This document shows positions 18,770 to 28,949 of a stretch of 64,000 bases of DNA, piece after piece (positions within the stretch are counted from its first letter, which is position 1; the number at the start of each line of letters is the position of its first letter). The stretch covers positions 32,001 through 96,000 of the forward strand of contig CAWBOC010000002.1 in the NCBI GenBank assembly GCA_963790305.1, written 5' to 3'. The position numbers were made by a program, and so were the translations under genes. The notes beneath the pieces are model-generated. The model made no database searches and was not told where the DNA came from. It worked only from the letters and a program-made list of their open reading frames with translations. Source of the DNA: an uncultured Gemmatimonadaceae bacterium (lineage in GTDB: Bacteria; Gemmatimonadota; Gemmatimonadetes; Gemmatimonadales; Gemmatimonadaceae).

Positions 18770-20064
18770 GGCGCTCGCTCGGCCACGCGCTGCTCGAGCA
18801 TCCACCGGCGCTTCTCGAGAATGTTGTTCACCTCGGCGTCGAGGCGGCGCATCGCTTCGGCGGGCGGCACCCCGCCGCGAATCGACTGCTCCGCGTACTC
18901 GATGAGCTTCGCCATGATGAGCTCGATCTCCGGAACGAGCGGTACCGGCTGAACTCGCTCGAGCTGCGCGCGGAACGCGTGCGCCTTGTCATTGCGTGAC
19001 AGCACGGTGTCGTCCCACGCCTCGAGGCGCGGCGGGAGATCGCCTGTCAATTGATAAAAGCGCACCTGGATCTCGGGGCGCGACAGGAACTCGATGAACT
19101 TCCACGCCTCCTCGGGATGCTCGGATTCGCGGAAGACGACGAGACTCGATCCACCGGCGGTCGAGAGACCGCTCGCTGCGCCTGTAGGACCGGGAAGTGG
19201 CGCTGTGGCCCAATCATCCTGAAGCTCGGCCGGCAGGCGTCGGCCGAACTCGCCGATGTTCCACGGTCCGGTGATGTAAAACACGAAGAGCCCACGCTCG
19301 AATTCCTGAAACAGGTTGGCAACATCGGTGTTGCCGTACACGGGGGCGAGGCCATCGCGGTACAGGCTGAGATAGAAGTCGAAGCCGCGAAGGAATGCGG
19401 AATCCGCGAATGCGCCCCATCGGCCACCGTCCTTGAGCAGCGGTGAGCCCGCCTGCATGCCGAGGACTGCCGGTTGCGCCCATTCATTGGTGGGGAGGAA
19501 GATCGCCCAGCGGTCCTTGCCGACCGTACGCTTGACGTCCTCCATCGCGCGCCGCCAGTCCGCCCACGACGTCGGCATTTCGTTCCACCCCGCCTGCGCG
19601 AGCAGGTCTTTTCGATAGAACAGCACACGCGTGTCGACGTACCAGGGAATGCCGTAGACGGTGTCGTCGACGACGTTCGTTGCCCAGATGCCCGGGAAGA
19701 AGCTCTCCTGCCGAATAACCTTCGATTGAGCAATGGGCGGCGCGAGCGACCTCAGGGCGCCGAGCGCCTCGAATTCAGGAATCCAGGTATTGCCTAACTG
19801 CGCGACGTCCGGCGTCGACTTGCCCACGTGCGCGGTGAGGAGCTTCTCGTGCGCGGCGGTCCAGGGAATCTGCTGCACGCGCACGCGAATCCCCGGATTT
19901 TCGCGCTCGAATTGGGGGACGAGCTTGGCGACCTGTTCCCCCTCGGCGCCCATCGCCCAAAAGCGGATCTCGACCTCACGGGCGCCCTCAGCGTTCCCAC
20001 ATGCAGTGGTCAGCGCTCCGAGCGCGACGAGCGCCCAACGGGAGAGACGTTGTCTCCCTCGCAC
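18766..20064 (-). CDS. Sugar ABC transporter substrate-binding lipoprotein
   Basis: Lipobox LTTAC; FERENPGIRVRVQQIPW, PDVAQLG, YGIPWYVDTRVLFYRKD; start may be GTG 20064 or 20106. Confidence 0.93.
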   Translation of the reverse strand: MRGRQRLSRWALVALGALTTACGNAEGAREVEIRFWAMGAEGEQVAKLVPQFERENPGIRVRVQQIPWTAAHEKLLTAHVGKSTPDVAQLGNTWIPEFEALGALRSLAPPIAQSKVIRQESFFPGIWATNVVDDTVYGIPWYVDTRVLFYRKDLLAQAGWNEMPTSWADWRRAMEDVKRTVGKDRWAIFLPTNEWAQPAVLGMQAGSPLLKDGGRWGAFADSAFLRGFDFYLSLYRDGLAPVYGNTDVANLFQEFERGLFVFYITGPWNIGEFGRRLPAELQDDWATAPLPGPTGAASGLSTAGGSSLVVFRESEHPEEAWKFIEFLSRPEIQVRFYQLTGDLPPRLEAWDDTVLSRNDKAHAFRAQLERVQPVPLVPEIELIMAKLIEYAEQSIRGGVPPAEAMRRLDAEVNNILEKRRWMLEQRVAERAP

Positions 20065-20078
20065 CCCGAAGCCTTTGT

Positions 20079-21518
20079 TCAAGGTACCGGTGCGGAGCTC
20101 AGCCACCCGCCGGTGAATCCCGCCCGGCGAAGCCCCTGGATGATGTATGGGCTCTTCCGCATCAGTCGCCAGATGAGGTCGCTGCGCCAGTTCTCGATCA
20201 TGAGGAGGATCGGACCCTGGTCGATCCCGAGGTAGTCGCCGTCGACCCAGCCCACGTTGGGAACGACCTGCCCGTGCCGCAGCGGCAGATTCGTTAGGCG
20301 CAGCGTTGGATTGAACGCGTCGAGAAAGCCGTAGGTCGAGAACAAGGCGTCGCCAAAGGTACGGCGCATCGCCTTGAGCGCGGGGACGGTGATCTCGGGT
20401 GCGAACGGCACCGACCCACCGGCGGCCGTTGGCACCAGGGTACCGTCATCCAGGATGTACTCGGTGCCGGCGCCGCGGGCGGCGTAGGTCTGGAATTTCC
20501 GGCTTCGGCCCTCGTAGACAATGGTGGTATCGATCGGGCCGTCGGAGGCAGTGAGACCCCAGAGTGAGTCGGAGTACATGTGCCACTGACCGGGGTTGGC
20601 GATCGCATAGGTGCGCTGTGAGTAGGTGGCGCGCCGGGAGTTCTCGAAGTAGTCGATCCCGCGCCCGCGCATGTACTCGTCCTGGATCCTGTTGAAGTCG
20701 ATGAAGACGTGCGAGTACTGATGGCCGAAGAGGGGCGGGAAGCCGAGGTGCGCTTGCCCCTGGAACGTGGTCCACTTGTAGGTCGACGTCCACGCGGGCC
20801 AGGCGGTGGAGTCGACGGCGTGGGTCGGCGAGCCTAACGCGAGAATGTAGAGCAGCATCGCCTCGTTGTAGCCCTTCCAGTCGAAGGTGTGGAACCCGCG
20901 GTCGGGGTACCATCCCATCGACACGAGGGGCGGGCGCGGCGATGCCCAGCGCCAGTCGATGCGCCGGTAGAGCGAGTCGGCGAGCGCACGCACTTCGACG
21001 TCCCCGGCGTCGGCGCCATCGAAGTACTCCCGGCAAACGAGGGCACCGGCGATCAGGAGCGCCGTGTCGATCGTGGACAGCTCCACGTTCTCGAAGCGAT
21101 GTCCCGTCTGCATGTCGAGAAAGTGGTAGAAGAACCCCATGTGTCCCGTGATACCGGACGCTTGTGGCCCCTGGGGCGCGTTCCAGAGAAAGCGAAGCGT
21201 CGTAAGGACGCGGTCGCGCGCCTGCGTGCGGGTGATCCACCCGCGCTCGACGCCGACGGGATATGCGGCGAGCCCGAAGCCAATGGCGGCGACGCTGGAG
21301 AAGGATTGTCTCGGCGCGCGGTCAGGGACGAGCCCGTTCTGTGGATTCGCGAGCTGCCAGAAGAATCCGAACGTGCGCGTCTGCACGGTGTCGAGGAATG
21401 GGTCGTTGCGCGAGACGGTGGGCGGTACGACACCGGTGGGGGGCGGCGCGCAGGCGATGACGGCCGCGGCCAGAATCGGGATCCAACCGCGGGCGGGGTG
21501 GAGATGGGTAATGGTCAT
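20079..21518 (-). CDS. GH144-like ('glucoamylase'/DUF3131) lipoprotein, probable endo-beta-1,2-glucanase
   Basis: Lipobox AVIAC; GLVPDR, GFFYHFLDM, ELSTIDTALL, WKGYNEA, PLFGHQYSH, WGLTASDGP, YGFLDAFN, LGIDQGPILLMIEN motifs. Confidence 0.85.
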   Translation of the reverse strand: MTITHLHPARGWIPILAAAVIACAPPPTGVVPPTVSRNDPFLDTVQTRTFGFFWQLANPQNGLVPDRAPRQSFSSVAAIGFGLAAYPVGVERGWITRTQARDRVLTTLRFLWNAPQGPQASGITGHMGFFYHFLDMQTGHRFENVELSTIDTALLIAGALVCREYFDGADAGDVEVRALADSLYRRIDWRWASPRPPLVSMGWYPDRGFHTFDWKGYNEAMLLYILALGSPTHAVDSTAWPAWTSTYKWTTFQGQAHLGFPPLFGHQYSHVFIDFNRIQDEYMRGRGIDYFENSRRATYSQRTYAIANPGQWHMYSDSLWGLTASDGPIDTTIVYEGRSRKFQTYAARGAGTEYILDDGTLVPTAAGGSVPFAPEITVPALKAMRRTFGDALFSTYGFLDAFNPTLRLTNLPLRHGQVVPNVGWVDGDYLGIDQGPILLMIENWRSDLIWRLMRKSPYIIQGLRRAGFTGGWLSSAPVP

Positions 21519-21611
21519 GCCGTGATCCTGCTTCAAAAAGAGAGCCGGGCGGCGGCCGCGCCGTTTGCGCGTCCGCCACCCGGCGATCATCACCGTGATT
21601 CCTTCCTCAGG

Positions 21612-24575
21612 TCACGAGCGCGGCCTGGCAAAATCGAATTCTGCCCCGATTTGGAGCCGCCGCGGGTCACTGCTCACGCACCCCGCCTTGCCGAAGCTCG
21701 AGTCCTGCGGGTTGGTGTTGAAACAGCCAAGGTTCTGCCAGTTGAACACGTTGAACATGTCGATCGTCACGCCCATCCTCGACCCGCCGAACCGGGCGAA
21801 ATCCTTCCGCAGGCGCAGATCGAGGGTCTTGAACGTCGGTGGATCGAACCCGCCGGGGACGAAGTTGCGCTGGCACGTCGCCGCTGGGCCAACGCACGCA
21901 AACCGATCGCCCACGTCGACGCGAGCGCCGCTGCCGACAGTCAGCAATCCACTGAACTGAATCCCCCAGAGGTATGGGACGTCGAGGATCCAGTTCGTGA
22001 CCACGCGGTGGCGCTCATCATTGCGCTTCTGCCTGGGATAGTCGGCGGGATTCGGGAAGCTGAAGAGGTCGTTGAAGCCCTGCGTTTCCCGCTCGGCGAT
22101 CGTCCACGCAATGCCGCCGCCCCAACCAAAATTCTCACTCGAGCGCCGGTAGAATCGGTCGAGCTTGACCTGCACCGCGTTGTACCAGGTCTTGCCAGCG
22201 TTGTCCGCGAACAGGATCGTGCTGTATCCGGGGATCGTGTTATCCACGAAACACCCTGGTACGGCAAACGATCGTTGCGCGCAGGTGAAGTTCGCATCGG
22301 CCCAGTAGAACGTCAGCTGATTCTTGCTCTGGATGTTTGAATACGCTGCCTCGAGCAAGAACGTCCCCAGCGCCTGCCTGACGCCGAGTGTCCATTGGGT
22401 CGACCGCGGTGGGCGAAGGTCGTTGGGCAACAGCTTGACTTCGGGATTCAACGCATTGATCGCGGCCGCGGCCGCCTCGACGGCGGGCTTCCCTTGCGTC
22501 AGCAGAGCCGGGTTGAAGCGAATCTGATTCGGCCCCGGCGTTGAATCGGCCGGCACGATCTGGATGTTGTACCGCGGGTGCTGAAGCGCGAAGCGCTCTT
22601 CCAGGGTGAAGTCGTAAAGGGTGCGATCGTAGAAGATTCCCCAGGCGCCAAAGACCGTCGTCCGCTCCGCCTCGCCGATTCCATAGGCGAAGCCGACGCG
22701 TGGCTGGAACGCTCCGTAGAACTTGTCACGCTGGGAGCCGTCGGTGAAATAGCGGCTCTCATCGAGTGGGAGGAACAAGCGACTGCGATACTTGCGCAGC
22801 GAATCGACGATCGCGCGAGGCGTTACGTAGTCGTAATTCATCATCTTCGACTCGTAATCCCAGCGGACGCCCAGGTTGACCACCAGGCGCGATGTCGGAT
22901 TCCAGTCGTCCTGCAGATACAAACCGACCTGTGTGTTGTCGTCGCTGAAATTCGGATCTCCGGACTCGAACTCCACGCGTTGCGGAATGCGGAATCCGTA
23001 GTGCCAGGGCTCGTAGACGAACCGCGGGATCTCACTGTTCCGCTTGATGACGTCGTACTTCGCGAAGTCGACGTTGCCACCCACCTTGAAGACGTGCGAT
23101 CCGGCAACCTGGAGTCCGGAATACGTCACGTCGTTGCGGAGCGAGATCCGCTGCTGCGTGAAGTCCTGAACCGAGACGTTGCTCCCGATCTGCGCGCATC
23201 CGGCGTTGCAGAATCCGTAGAACCGATTGATCGGACCGGACTGATTCGGTATGGGGTTGTAGTGATACTTCTGATAGCTGAGCATTGCCTCGTTGAGGAT
23301 GGTTCCACCTGCGTACGTGTGTTTCAGCACGCCGGTGTTCACATCGTTGTTGAACCGTACCCCCGTCTCGAACGACCGCTGCAAGTCGGACCCTGGCGTC
23401 CCAAAATCGCGGACGTCATTCTCGGTCCGTAGGTTGTAGCTGAGCTCGAACGTTGAGCCGGGGGTGTGGAGGTAGGTCAGCTTCCCAAAGCCGAGCAGTG
23501 CGCGGAAGGGCTGGTCGAAGAGACCGTTGCGCGAGGCGAAATCGATCGAGTCGAGCGCGACCGAATCCGGCGGTGTGATGGTCACCCTCGCCGCGCGGTT
23601 CTGCCGGTTGAGCTCGAACGAGCCGAAGAACCGGAGATTTTCGGTCAGCGGTCCGCCGCCACTCGCGCCGAACTGGTAGCGTTCGAAATCCGGCTTCTGG
23701 AAGGTCGATCCTGGGGCGTTCTTGGACGCGCGCTGGAAGGAATCGAGCGCGACGAGATCCTTGTTGAGGATGTTGAAGAACGCGCTCCCTTCCCACACCG
23801 GGCCGCCCGTTTTCGTCGTGGCGGTAATGATCGCGCTGGACGCTTTCTGGTACTCGGCCTTGTAGTTCTGCGTGATCACGCGGAACTCCTGGACCGCGTT
23901 TCGGGGGAACGGGTTCCCGCGGCTGGCATCCTGCCCGACGACCCCGCCCTGCAGAATGTCATTCTTGTACGTCGCGCCATCGATGAAGACGTTGATCTGC
24001 TCGGCGTTTTGGGCGCCTGACGTCAGCGTCTTGCGCACCGCGTTCATGCGGTCGTTCTGCAGCTGCGTCCCGGGGGCAAGGACGGCCAGGTTGAGGAAGT
24101 TGCGCTCGGCGCTGGGAAGATCGTTGATCTGCTCCTGCGTGACGTTGGTGGCGACCTCCGACGTCTTCGTCTCGACCACCTGCTGTTGGGCCGTCACTTC
24201 GACCGCGGTCAGGGTCACAGCCGTCTCGTCCAGGCTGAAATCGATGTCGAGTGTCTGACCGATTTGAACGCGGATGGTGCGCGACTGAGGTGCCATGCCG
24301 AGGCGGCGTGCCGTGAGCTGATAGGGGCCGGGGCGCAATCCCGAGAGATTGTAGAAGCCCTGATCATTGGAATTCGTGGCACGCTCCTGACCGAGCTCTG
24401 TGTTCCGAGCGGCCACGATTGTTCCAGCTAGCGGTGTTCCGCCCGGTCCTCGCACGTAACCTCGGATGGCGCCGGTGGTCGTCTGTGCCATTCCCGCGCC
24501 CGCCGTTACGGTGAGCAACGCCAGAGCAAACACCGTCGCGCGCGGAAGCCACAGGGATACAACACGAGAAATCAT
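21612..24575 (-). CDS. TonB-dependent outer-membrane receptor (Oar-like, carboxypeptidase-regulatory N-domain)
   Basis: Signal peptide; GFYNLSGLRPGPY, AVQEFRVITQNYKAEY, TTKTGG, YLQDDW, LGVRWDY, FQPRVGFAY, PRRLQIG. Confidence 0.92.
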   Translation of the reverse strand: MISRVVSLWLPRATVFALALLTVTAGAGMAQTTTGAIRGYVRGPGGTPLAGTIVAARNTELGQERATNSNDQGFYNLSGLRPGPYQLTARRLGMAPQSRTIRVQIGQTLDIDFSLDETAVTLTAVEVTAQQQVVETKTSEVATNVTQEQINDLPSAERNFLNLAVLAPGTQLQNDRMNAVRKTLTSGAQNAEQINVFIDGATYKNDILQGGVVGQDASRGNPFPRNAVQEFRVITQNYKAEYQKASSAIITATTKTGGPVWEGSAFFNILNKDLVALDSFQRASKNAPGSTFQKPDFERYQFGASGGGPLTENLRFFGSFELNRQNRAARVTITPPDSVALDSIDFASRNGLFDQPFRALLGFGKLTYLHTPGSTFELSYNLRTENDVRDFGTPGSDLQRSFETGVRFNNDVNTGVLKHTYAGGTILNEAMLSYQKYHYNPIPNQSGPINRFYGFCNAGCAQIGSNVSVQDFTQQRISLRNDVTYSGLQVAGSHVFKVGGNVDFAKYDVIKRNSEIPRFVYEPWHYGFRIPQRVEFESGDPNFSDDNTQVGLYLQDDWNPTSRLVVNLGVRWDYESKMMNYDYVTPRAIVDSLRKYRSRLFLPLDESRYFTDGSQRDKFYGAFQPRVGFAYGIGEAERTTVFGAWGIFYDRTLYDFTLEERFALQHPRYNIQIVPADSTPGPNQIRFNPALLTQGKPAVEAAAAAINALNPEVKLLPNDLRPPRSTQWTLGVRQALGTFLLEAAYSNIQSKNQLTFYWADANFTCAQRSFAVPGCFVDNTIPGYSTILFADNAGKTWYNAVQVKLDRFYRRSSENFGWGGGIAWTIAERETQGFNDLFSFPNPADYPRQKRNDERHRVVTNWILDVPYLWGIQFSGLLTVGSGARVDVGDRFACVGPAATCQRNFVPGGFDPPTFKTLDLRLRKDFARFGGSRMGVTIDMFNVFNWQNLGCFNTNPQDSSFGKAGCVSSDPRRLQIGAEFDFARPRS

Positions 24576-24613
24576 GACGAAACCTCCTTCTACGTGACGA
24601 GCGGACGAACCGC

Positions 24614-25651
24614 TCAGGGTGAAGACTTCCGTATGACGAGAGTGGTGGGAAGCACGACGCGTCGTCCGGCGTCGGTCGCCGGATCAACGATCGCGTCGAG
24701 CAACAGTGCCATGGCCTGTTCTCCGAGCTGCGCGATCGGCACGTGGACGGAGGACAATGGCGGCGACACGTACCGAGCGATCGGAATGTCGTCGAAGCCC
24801 GCGACGGCAATGTCGTCGGGCACTCTCACATTCTCTTCGCGAAGCGCGGAGATGGCGCCGATCGCCATCGCATCGTTTGCGGCGAAAATCGCGGTGGGTC
24901 GTGGCTCGAGCTTGAGGGCAAGTCTTGCGGAGCGATATCCCGCCGATTCGGTGAAATCGCCGTTGAGCTCGAAGCGAGGATCGCGGGGCACGCCACACTC
25001 GTGCAGCGCATCGCGATAGCCGCGCAGCCGCTCGAGCGCGTCGTGATTGCCCTCCGCTCCCCGGAGGATGGCGATGCGCTCATGCCCCTTCCCAACGAGA
25101 TGCTTCACCATCTGATACGCGCCGCCGTGATTGTCGATGGTAATCACGCACGCGTCGTCGGACGTCACGGGCGAGTTAATGAACACGATTGACGTGCCAT
25201 CGCGGCGCTGCGCGAACATCTCGGCGAGCTCGACGTCGGGCGCCATGAGGATGAGTCCATCGACGCGTCCGTACATCGCGCGAAACGCGCCATGCATTTC
25301 ATCGCGGGCATTGCGTGCCGACGAGAGCAGCAACTGATATCCCGCGCGCTGGGCGCTGCGGTCAATGCCTCGAATAATCTCGGAGAAGAACTCGCCGTAG
25401 AGATCCGGAAGAAGCACGCCGAGCGTGTTCGTCCGGCTGGTGATCAGCGATCGTGCGCCGGCGTGAGGGGTGAAGCGGAGGTTTTCCGCGGCGTCGTGGA
25501 CACGCTGGCGCGTATCGTTGCGTACCGGTCCCGAGTCATTGAGGGCGCGCGAGACGGTGGCCACGGATACGCGCGCCTCGCGGGCGACATCACGAATCGT
25601 CGCCTGGCGGGGGCTTTCCGAATGTCGGCCGCGCGTGACCTTGGGGGGCAC
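24614..25651 (-). CDS. LacI-family transcriptional repressor
   Basis: TIRDVAREARVSVATVSRALN HTH; PTAIFAANDAMAIG, VPDDIAVAGFDD, PPLSSV. Confidence 0.96.
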   Translation of the reverse strand: MPPKVTRGRHSESPRQATIRDVAREARVSVATVSRALNDSGPVRNDTRQRVHDAAENLRFTPHAGARSLITSRTNTLGVLLPDLYGEFFSEIIRGIDRSAQRAGYQLLLSSARNARDEMHGAFRAMYGRVDGLILMAPDVELAEMFAQRRDGTSIVFINSPVTSDDACVITIDNHGGAYQMVKHLVGKGHERIAILRGAEGNHDALERLRGYRDALHECGVPRDPRFELNGDFTESAGYRSARLALKLEPRPTAIFAANDAMAIGAISALREENVRVPDDIAVAGFDDIPIARYVSPPLSSVHVPIAQLGEQAMALLLDAIVDPATDAGRRVVLPTTLVIRKSSP

Positions 25652-25673
25652 AGCTCGCCTCGGGCCGGAGTGG

Positions 25674-25709
25674 GTGTAAACGGTTACACTGACGAATTCG
25701 CCTTGTCAA
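25674..25709 (-). promoter_or_regulatory. LacI-type operator overlapping a sigma70-like promoter of the repressor/receptor operon
   Basis: Palindrome GTGTAAACGGTTACAC (25674-25689) with central CG; TTGACA on the minus strand at 25704-25709, 17 nt upstream of TAACCG, a weak -10 match. Confidence 0.75.
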
Positions 25710-25781
25710 GAAACCCACGGCGAAAGATCAACGGGATGCGCGGCAGCCCGGCAGCCCGTTCCTCCTCCGAGGCGCGGCCAC

Positions 25782-28700
25782 TTAGAAGCTGTAGCGCACC
25801 CCCAGCTGCAAGCGACGGGAACTCTCCGCCACCACGCCGTTAGGTGCCCCGAACGCCGGCTGCAGGTTCAACCGGTTGAGCGCCGGATCGCGGGGGTTGA
25901 GGTTCACGACACGCTGGTACGACGCGACGGTGCTGTTGAAGCCGCTGAAGTTGTCGAAGTCGAACACGTTGAAGACCTCGGCGACGATACTCAGCTGCTG
26001 TCCCTGAACAATGTTGAGGTCCTTTTGCAGGCGGATGTCGACGTCACGATACGCCCAGGCGTTGGGAATGATGAAGTCCTTTTTTGGCGGGCGCCCCATA
26101 TTCCGGCCGAGCCCAGGGGGGAAGTCGTCGGACAGGAAGTTCCCGGCGCAGGGCGCATTCGCGGGGGGGCCGCCGGGCTGACCGACGAGCTCGCACGCCG
26201 GGAGACGCGCGCCGCACGTCGAGCCGGGAAGGAAGGCCTGGCAGATCTCGGGCGGCGGGTCACCGCCGAGTACGACGTTGAATGGGCGTCCCGATCCCAG
26301 GTTGATGATCGTGCTGAATCTGATGTCGAATGGCAGCACGGTGATGAAGTTCGCGACTACGCGATGGCGCTCGTCGGTATCGTCGGGCTGCCACCGCAGA
26401 TCCGACGGCCGGTACACGTGAAGGCTGAAGTTCGAGTTCGTCGACGACGGGATGTTCGCCTCCGCTTTGCTGAGCGTGTAGTTCAGAGAGCCGCCCCAGC
26501 TCCATTTCCCCTGGTGCACGAATGGGCGCTCGAGCGTGACGTACATGCCGTTGTAGCGCGTCTTGCCGATCGGCTCGGCCAGCAGGAGGTTGCCGAAGTC
26601 GTCCGAGATCTGGCAACACGCGCCCCACGGCTGCCGGTTCCCGAAGAAGAACGTCAGCTTGTTGGAGCTGCGCACTCCGGTGTAGCTCAGGGTGGCCCGG
26701 TACGCACCGAACGCCTTGCGTACACCCCCACTCCATTGGTACGCCTTCGGCGGCTCCAGGTCGTTAGGCAGCATGGGAAGCTCGGGGCGCGCGGCCGACG
26801 TACCCGAGGCGACCAGCGCCAGCAATCCCTCCCGGCTGAGATACGCATCGTCCCACTGAATGGTGGGGTTGCCTGACCCGTCCGGCAGTCCGTCGGCCGA
26901 GAAGCGGAAGATGTAGCGCGGGTAGCTGATGTTGAGCTTCTCGCCGATGGCGATTCCGGCGTATTCGCGGTCGTAGTAAATGCCGACGCCTCCAAAGAGC
27001 GTCGCATCGGCGAGCTCAGGGACTTCCCACGAGAATCCTATGCGCGGCTGGAATGCGCCAAGGAACGGGCTCCGCTTGGCAGGGTCGGCGAAGAAGCGGT
27101 CGGTGGTTCGGCTCTCCCAGCCGGGAATCGGAAGCAGCCAGGGTGCTGCTTGCGTACGGACCGAGTCCGGGGTGCGCCAGTCCGCGTTGAGCATCGATGA
27201 TTCGTAGTCCCAACGGATGCCCAGGCTCAACAGAAAGCGCGGCGTGATGTTCCAGTCATCCTGCACGTACACGCCGATCTGTGTGTTGTCCGACTTCACC
27301 CTGGGATCGCCAATTCCCATCTCGGCCTGGAAGGGGAAGGCAAAGTTCTCCGTCGCTCTGAACCTGAATTCCGGGTTCCCGAACAGCTCACGCGTGATGT
27401 CGTATTTCGAGAATGCGACCGTCGCCCCCGCCTTGAACACGTGGGAGCCGTACCACTCCGGCATGGTGTACGTGAGATCGTTGCGAAGCGTCAGCTTGTC
27501 CTGAACGAAATCCTGCTCCGTCGAGCGTCCCCCGGTGGTGCCGACGCCGTCATACACACGCCCGACGTCGGTTCCCTCGAATCGAATGGGCTTCCACTGA
27601 TATCGCTGGATATCGGCATGCGCCTCGTTGAGCAGGTTGCCGCGCGCATACTGGTAACCGAGCACGCCAGTGTAGACATCGTTATTGAAGTACTCGCCGC
27701 GTGTACGAGCTGTGTTCCCCCCGAAGCCGCGAATCTCGTACTCATCCCGCACGTTCGCGCTCAGCTCCCACCGATGACGCTCAGCGGGCTGATACGTGAG
27801 CTTTCCAAAAAACAGGTTCGATCGCAGCGGAGAGGTAAACGTTCCGCCAATTCCCGTGAGATCGTCCACGACGTTTTGAGGCCGCCCGCTGAGATTCGGC
27901 TGGACGACGTCGACGGCGCGGTTCTGATGGTTGGCCTCGTACGACGCGAAGAAGAAGAGACGGTCGCGAGCGATCGGTCCGCCGAGGCTGGCGCCGAACT
28001 GGTTCTTCCCGAAGTCGACACGCCGGAAGTTCACATCGCGTCGCTGGAAATACGTCCGGCCGATCGAGCTCTCGTTCTGTCCGAAGTAGAACACCTCGCC
28101 CTGGAATTCATTGGTGCCCGACTTCGTCGTCGCCGTGACGATCGCGCTGGTGGCCTTCGCGTACTCCGCCTTGTATTGCTGCGAGATTACTCGGAATTCC
28201 CGGACGGCGCTCTGCGGGAACGGATTCCCACCGCTGGCGTCCTGTCCGGCGACCCCTCCGGTCAGAACCTCGTTCTTGTAGCTCGCTCCGTCAATGAAAA
28301 CGTTGACGAGGTTGGGGCTCAGGCCGCTGGCGGTAATGCTGTTCCGATTCCCGCTCGGGACGACACCGGGCGCGAGCGTGGCGAACTCGAGAAAGTCGCG
28401 GTCGTTGAGCGGAAGGTTCTCGATCTGCTCGACCGAGACGTTCGTCGCCACTTCCGGCGACCGCTGATCGGTCTCGACGGCACTCCCGACAATTTCGACG
28501 GCAGCGAGCTCCGTCGCCGCCGCAACGAGCCGAAAGTCGAACGTGAGCTGCTGCCCGATTTGCGCGCGCACCCGCCGTGTTTGCGGCTGGACACCGATGC
28601 GCCGGACGGTCAACTCGTACTCGTCGGGTGGGAGCCCGGCGAGAACATAGAATCCGCGCGCCGACGTGGTGGCGTTTCGGGTAAAGTTGGTGGCGAGACT

Positions 28701-28880
28701 CCGCGCGCTGACCAGCACATCGGACAGTGGCAGGCCGTCCTCACCGGTGGTGGTGCCGGAGATCCGCGCCGTGCTCGTCTGCGCCGTCGCCGTCACCGGG
28801 ATCATGGCAGTCGCGATACCGGCGAAAAGCAGCACGCCGGCCAGCAGTCGTGAGAGGGGCAATGCACCAGGCGTCGTCAT
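25782..28880 (-). CDS. TonB-dependent outer-membrane receptor (Oar-like), paralogue of 21612-24575
   Basis: Shared motifs NVFIDGASYKN, GGVAGQDASGGNPFP, AVREFRVISQQYKAEY, YVQDDW, FQPRIGF; terminal YSF. Confidence 0.92.
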   Translation of the reverse strand: MTTPGALPLSRLLAGVLLFAGIATAMIPVTATAQTSTARISGTTTGEDGLPLSDVLVSARSLATNFTRNATTSARGFYVLAGLPPDEYELTVRRIGVQPQTRRVRAQIGQQLTFDFRLVAAATELAAVEIVGSAVETDQRSPEVATNVSVEQIENLPLNDRDFLEFATLAPGVVPSGNRNSITASGLSPNLVNVFIDGASYKNEVLTGGVAGQDASGGNPFPQSAVREFRVISQQYKAEYAKATSAIVTATTKSGTNEFQGEVFYFGQNESSIGRTYFQRRDVNFRRVDFGKNQFGASLGGPIARDRLFFFASYEANHQNRAVDVVQPNLSGRPQNVVDDLTGIGGTFTSPLRSNLFFGKLTYQPAERHRWELSANVRDEYEIRGFGGNTARTRGEYFNNDVYTGVLGYQYARGNLLNEAHADIQRYQWKPIRFEGTDVGRVYDGVGTTGGRSTEQDFVQDKLTLRNDLTYTMPEWYGSHVFKAGATVAFSKYDITRELFGNPEFRFRATENFAFPFQAEMGIGDPRVKSDNTQIGVYVQDDWNITPRFLLSLGIRWDYESSMLNADWRTPDSVRTQAAPWLLPIPGWESRTTDRFFADPAKRSPFLGAFQPRIGFSWEVPELADATLFGGVGIYYDREYAGIAIGEKLNISYPRYIFRFSADGLPDGSGNPTIQWDDAYLSREGLLALVASGTSAARPELPMLPNDLEPPKAYQWSGGVRKAFGAYRATLSYTGVRSSNKLTFFFGNRQPWGACCQISDDFGNLLLAEPIGKTRYNGMYVTLERPFVHQGKWSWGGSLNYTLSKAEANIPSSTNSNFSLHVYRPSDLRWQPDDTDERHRVVANFITVLPFDIRFSTIINLGSGRPFNVVLGGDPPPEICQAFLPGSTCGARLPACELVGQPGGPPANAPCAGNFLSDDFPPGLGRNMGRPPKKDFIIPNAWAYRDVDIRLQKDLNIVQGQQLSIVAEVFNVFDFDNFSGFNSTVASYQRVVNLNPRDPALNRLNLQPAFGAPNGVVAESSRRLQLGVRYSF

Positions 28881-28949
28881 TGGAATGGTCCTCCATCATT
28901 GCCCAACATGCGGATCGCGCTAATCGGAAGAATCAGCGCGAACGACCGA

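Noticed and set aside
20889..22340. Long antisense ORFs (also 27441-28853, 37332-38660, 48315-49700, 61298-62941)
   Set aside because: They are shadows of well-supported genes on the opposite strand, expected at high GC, and carry no recognisable motifs.
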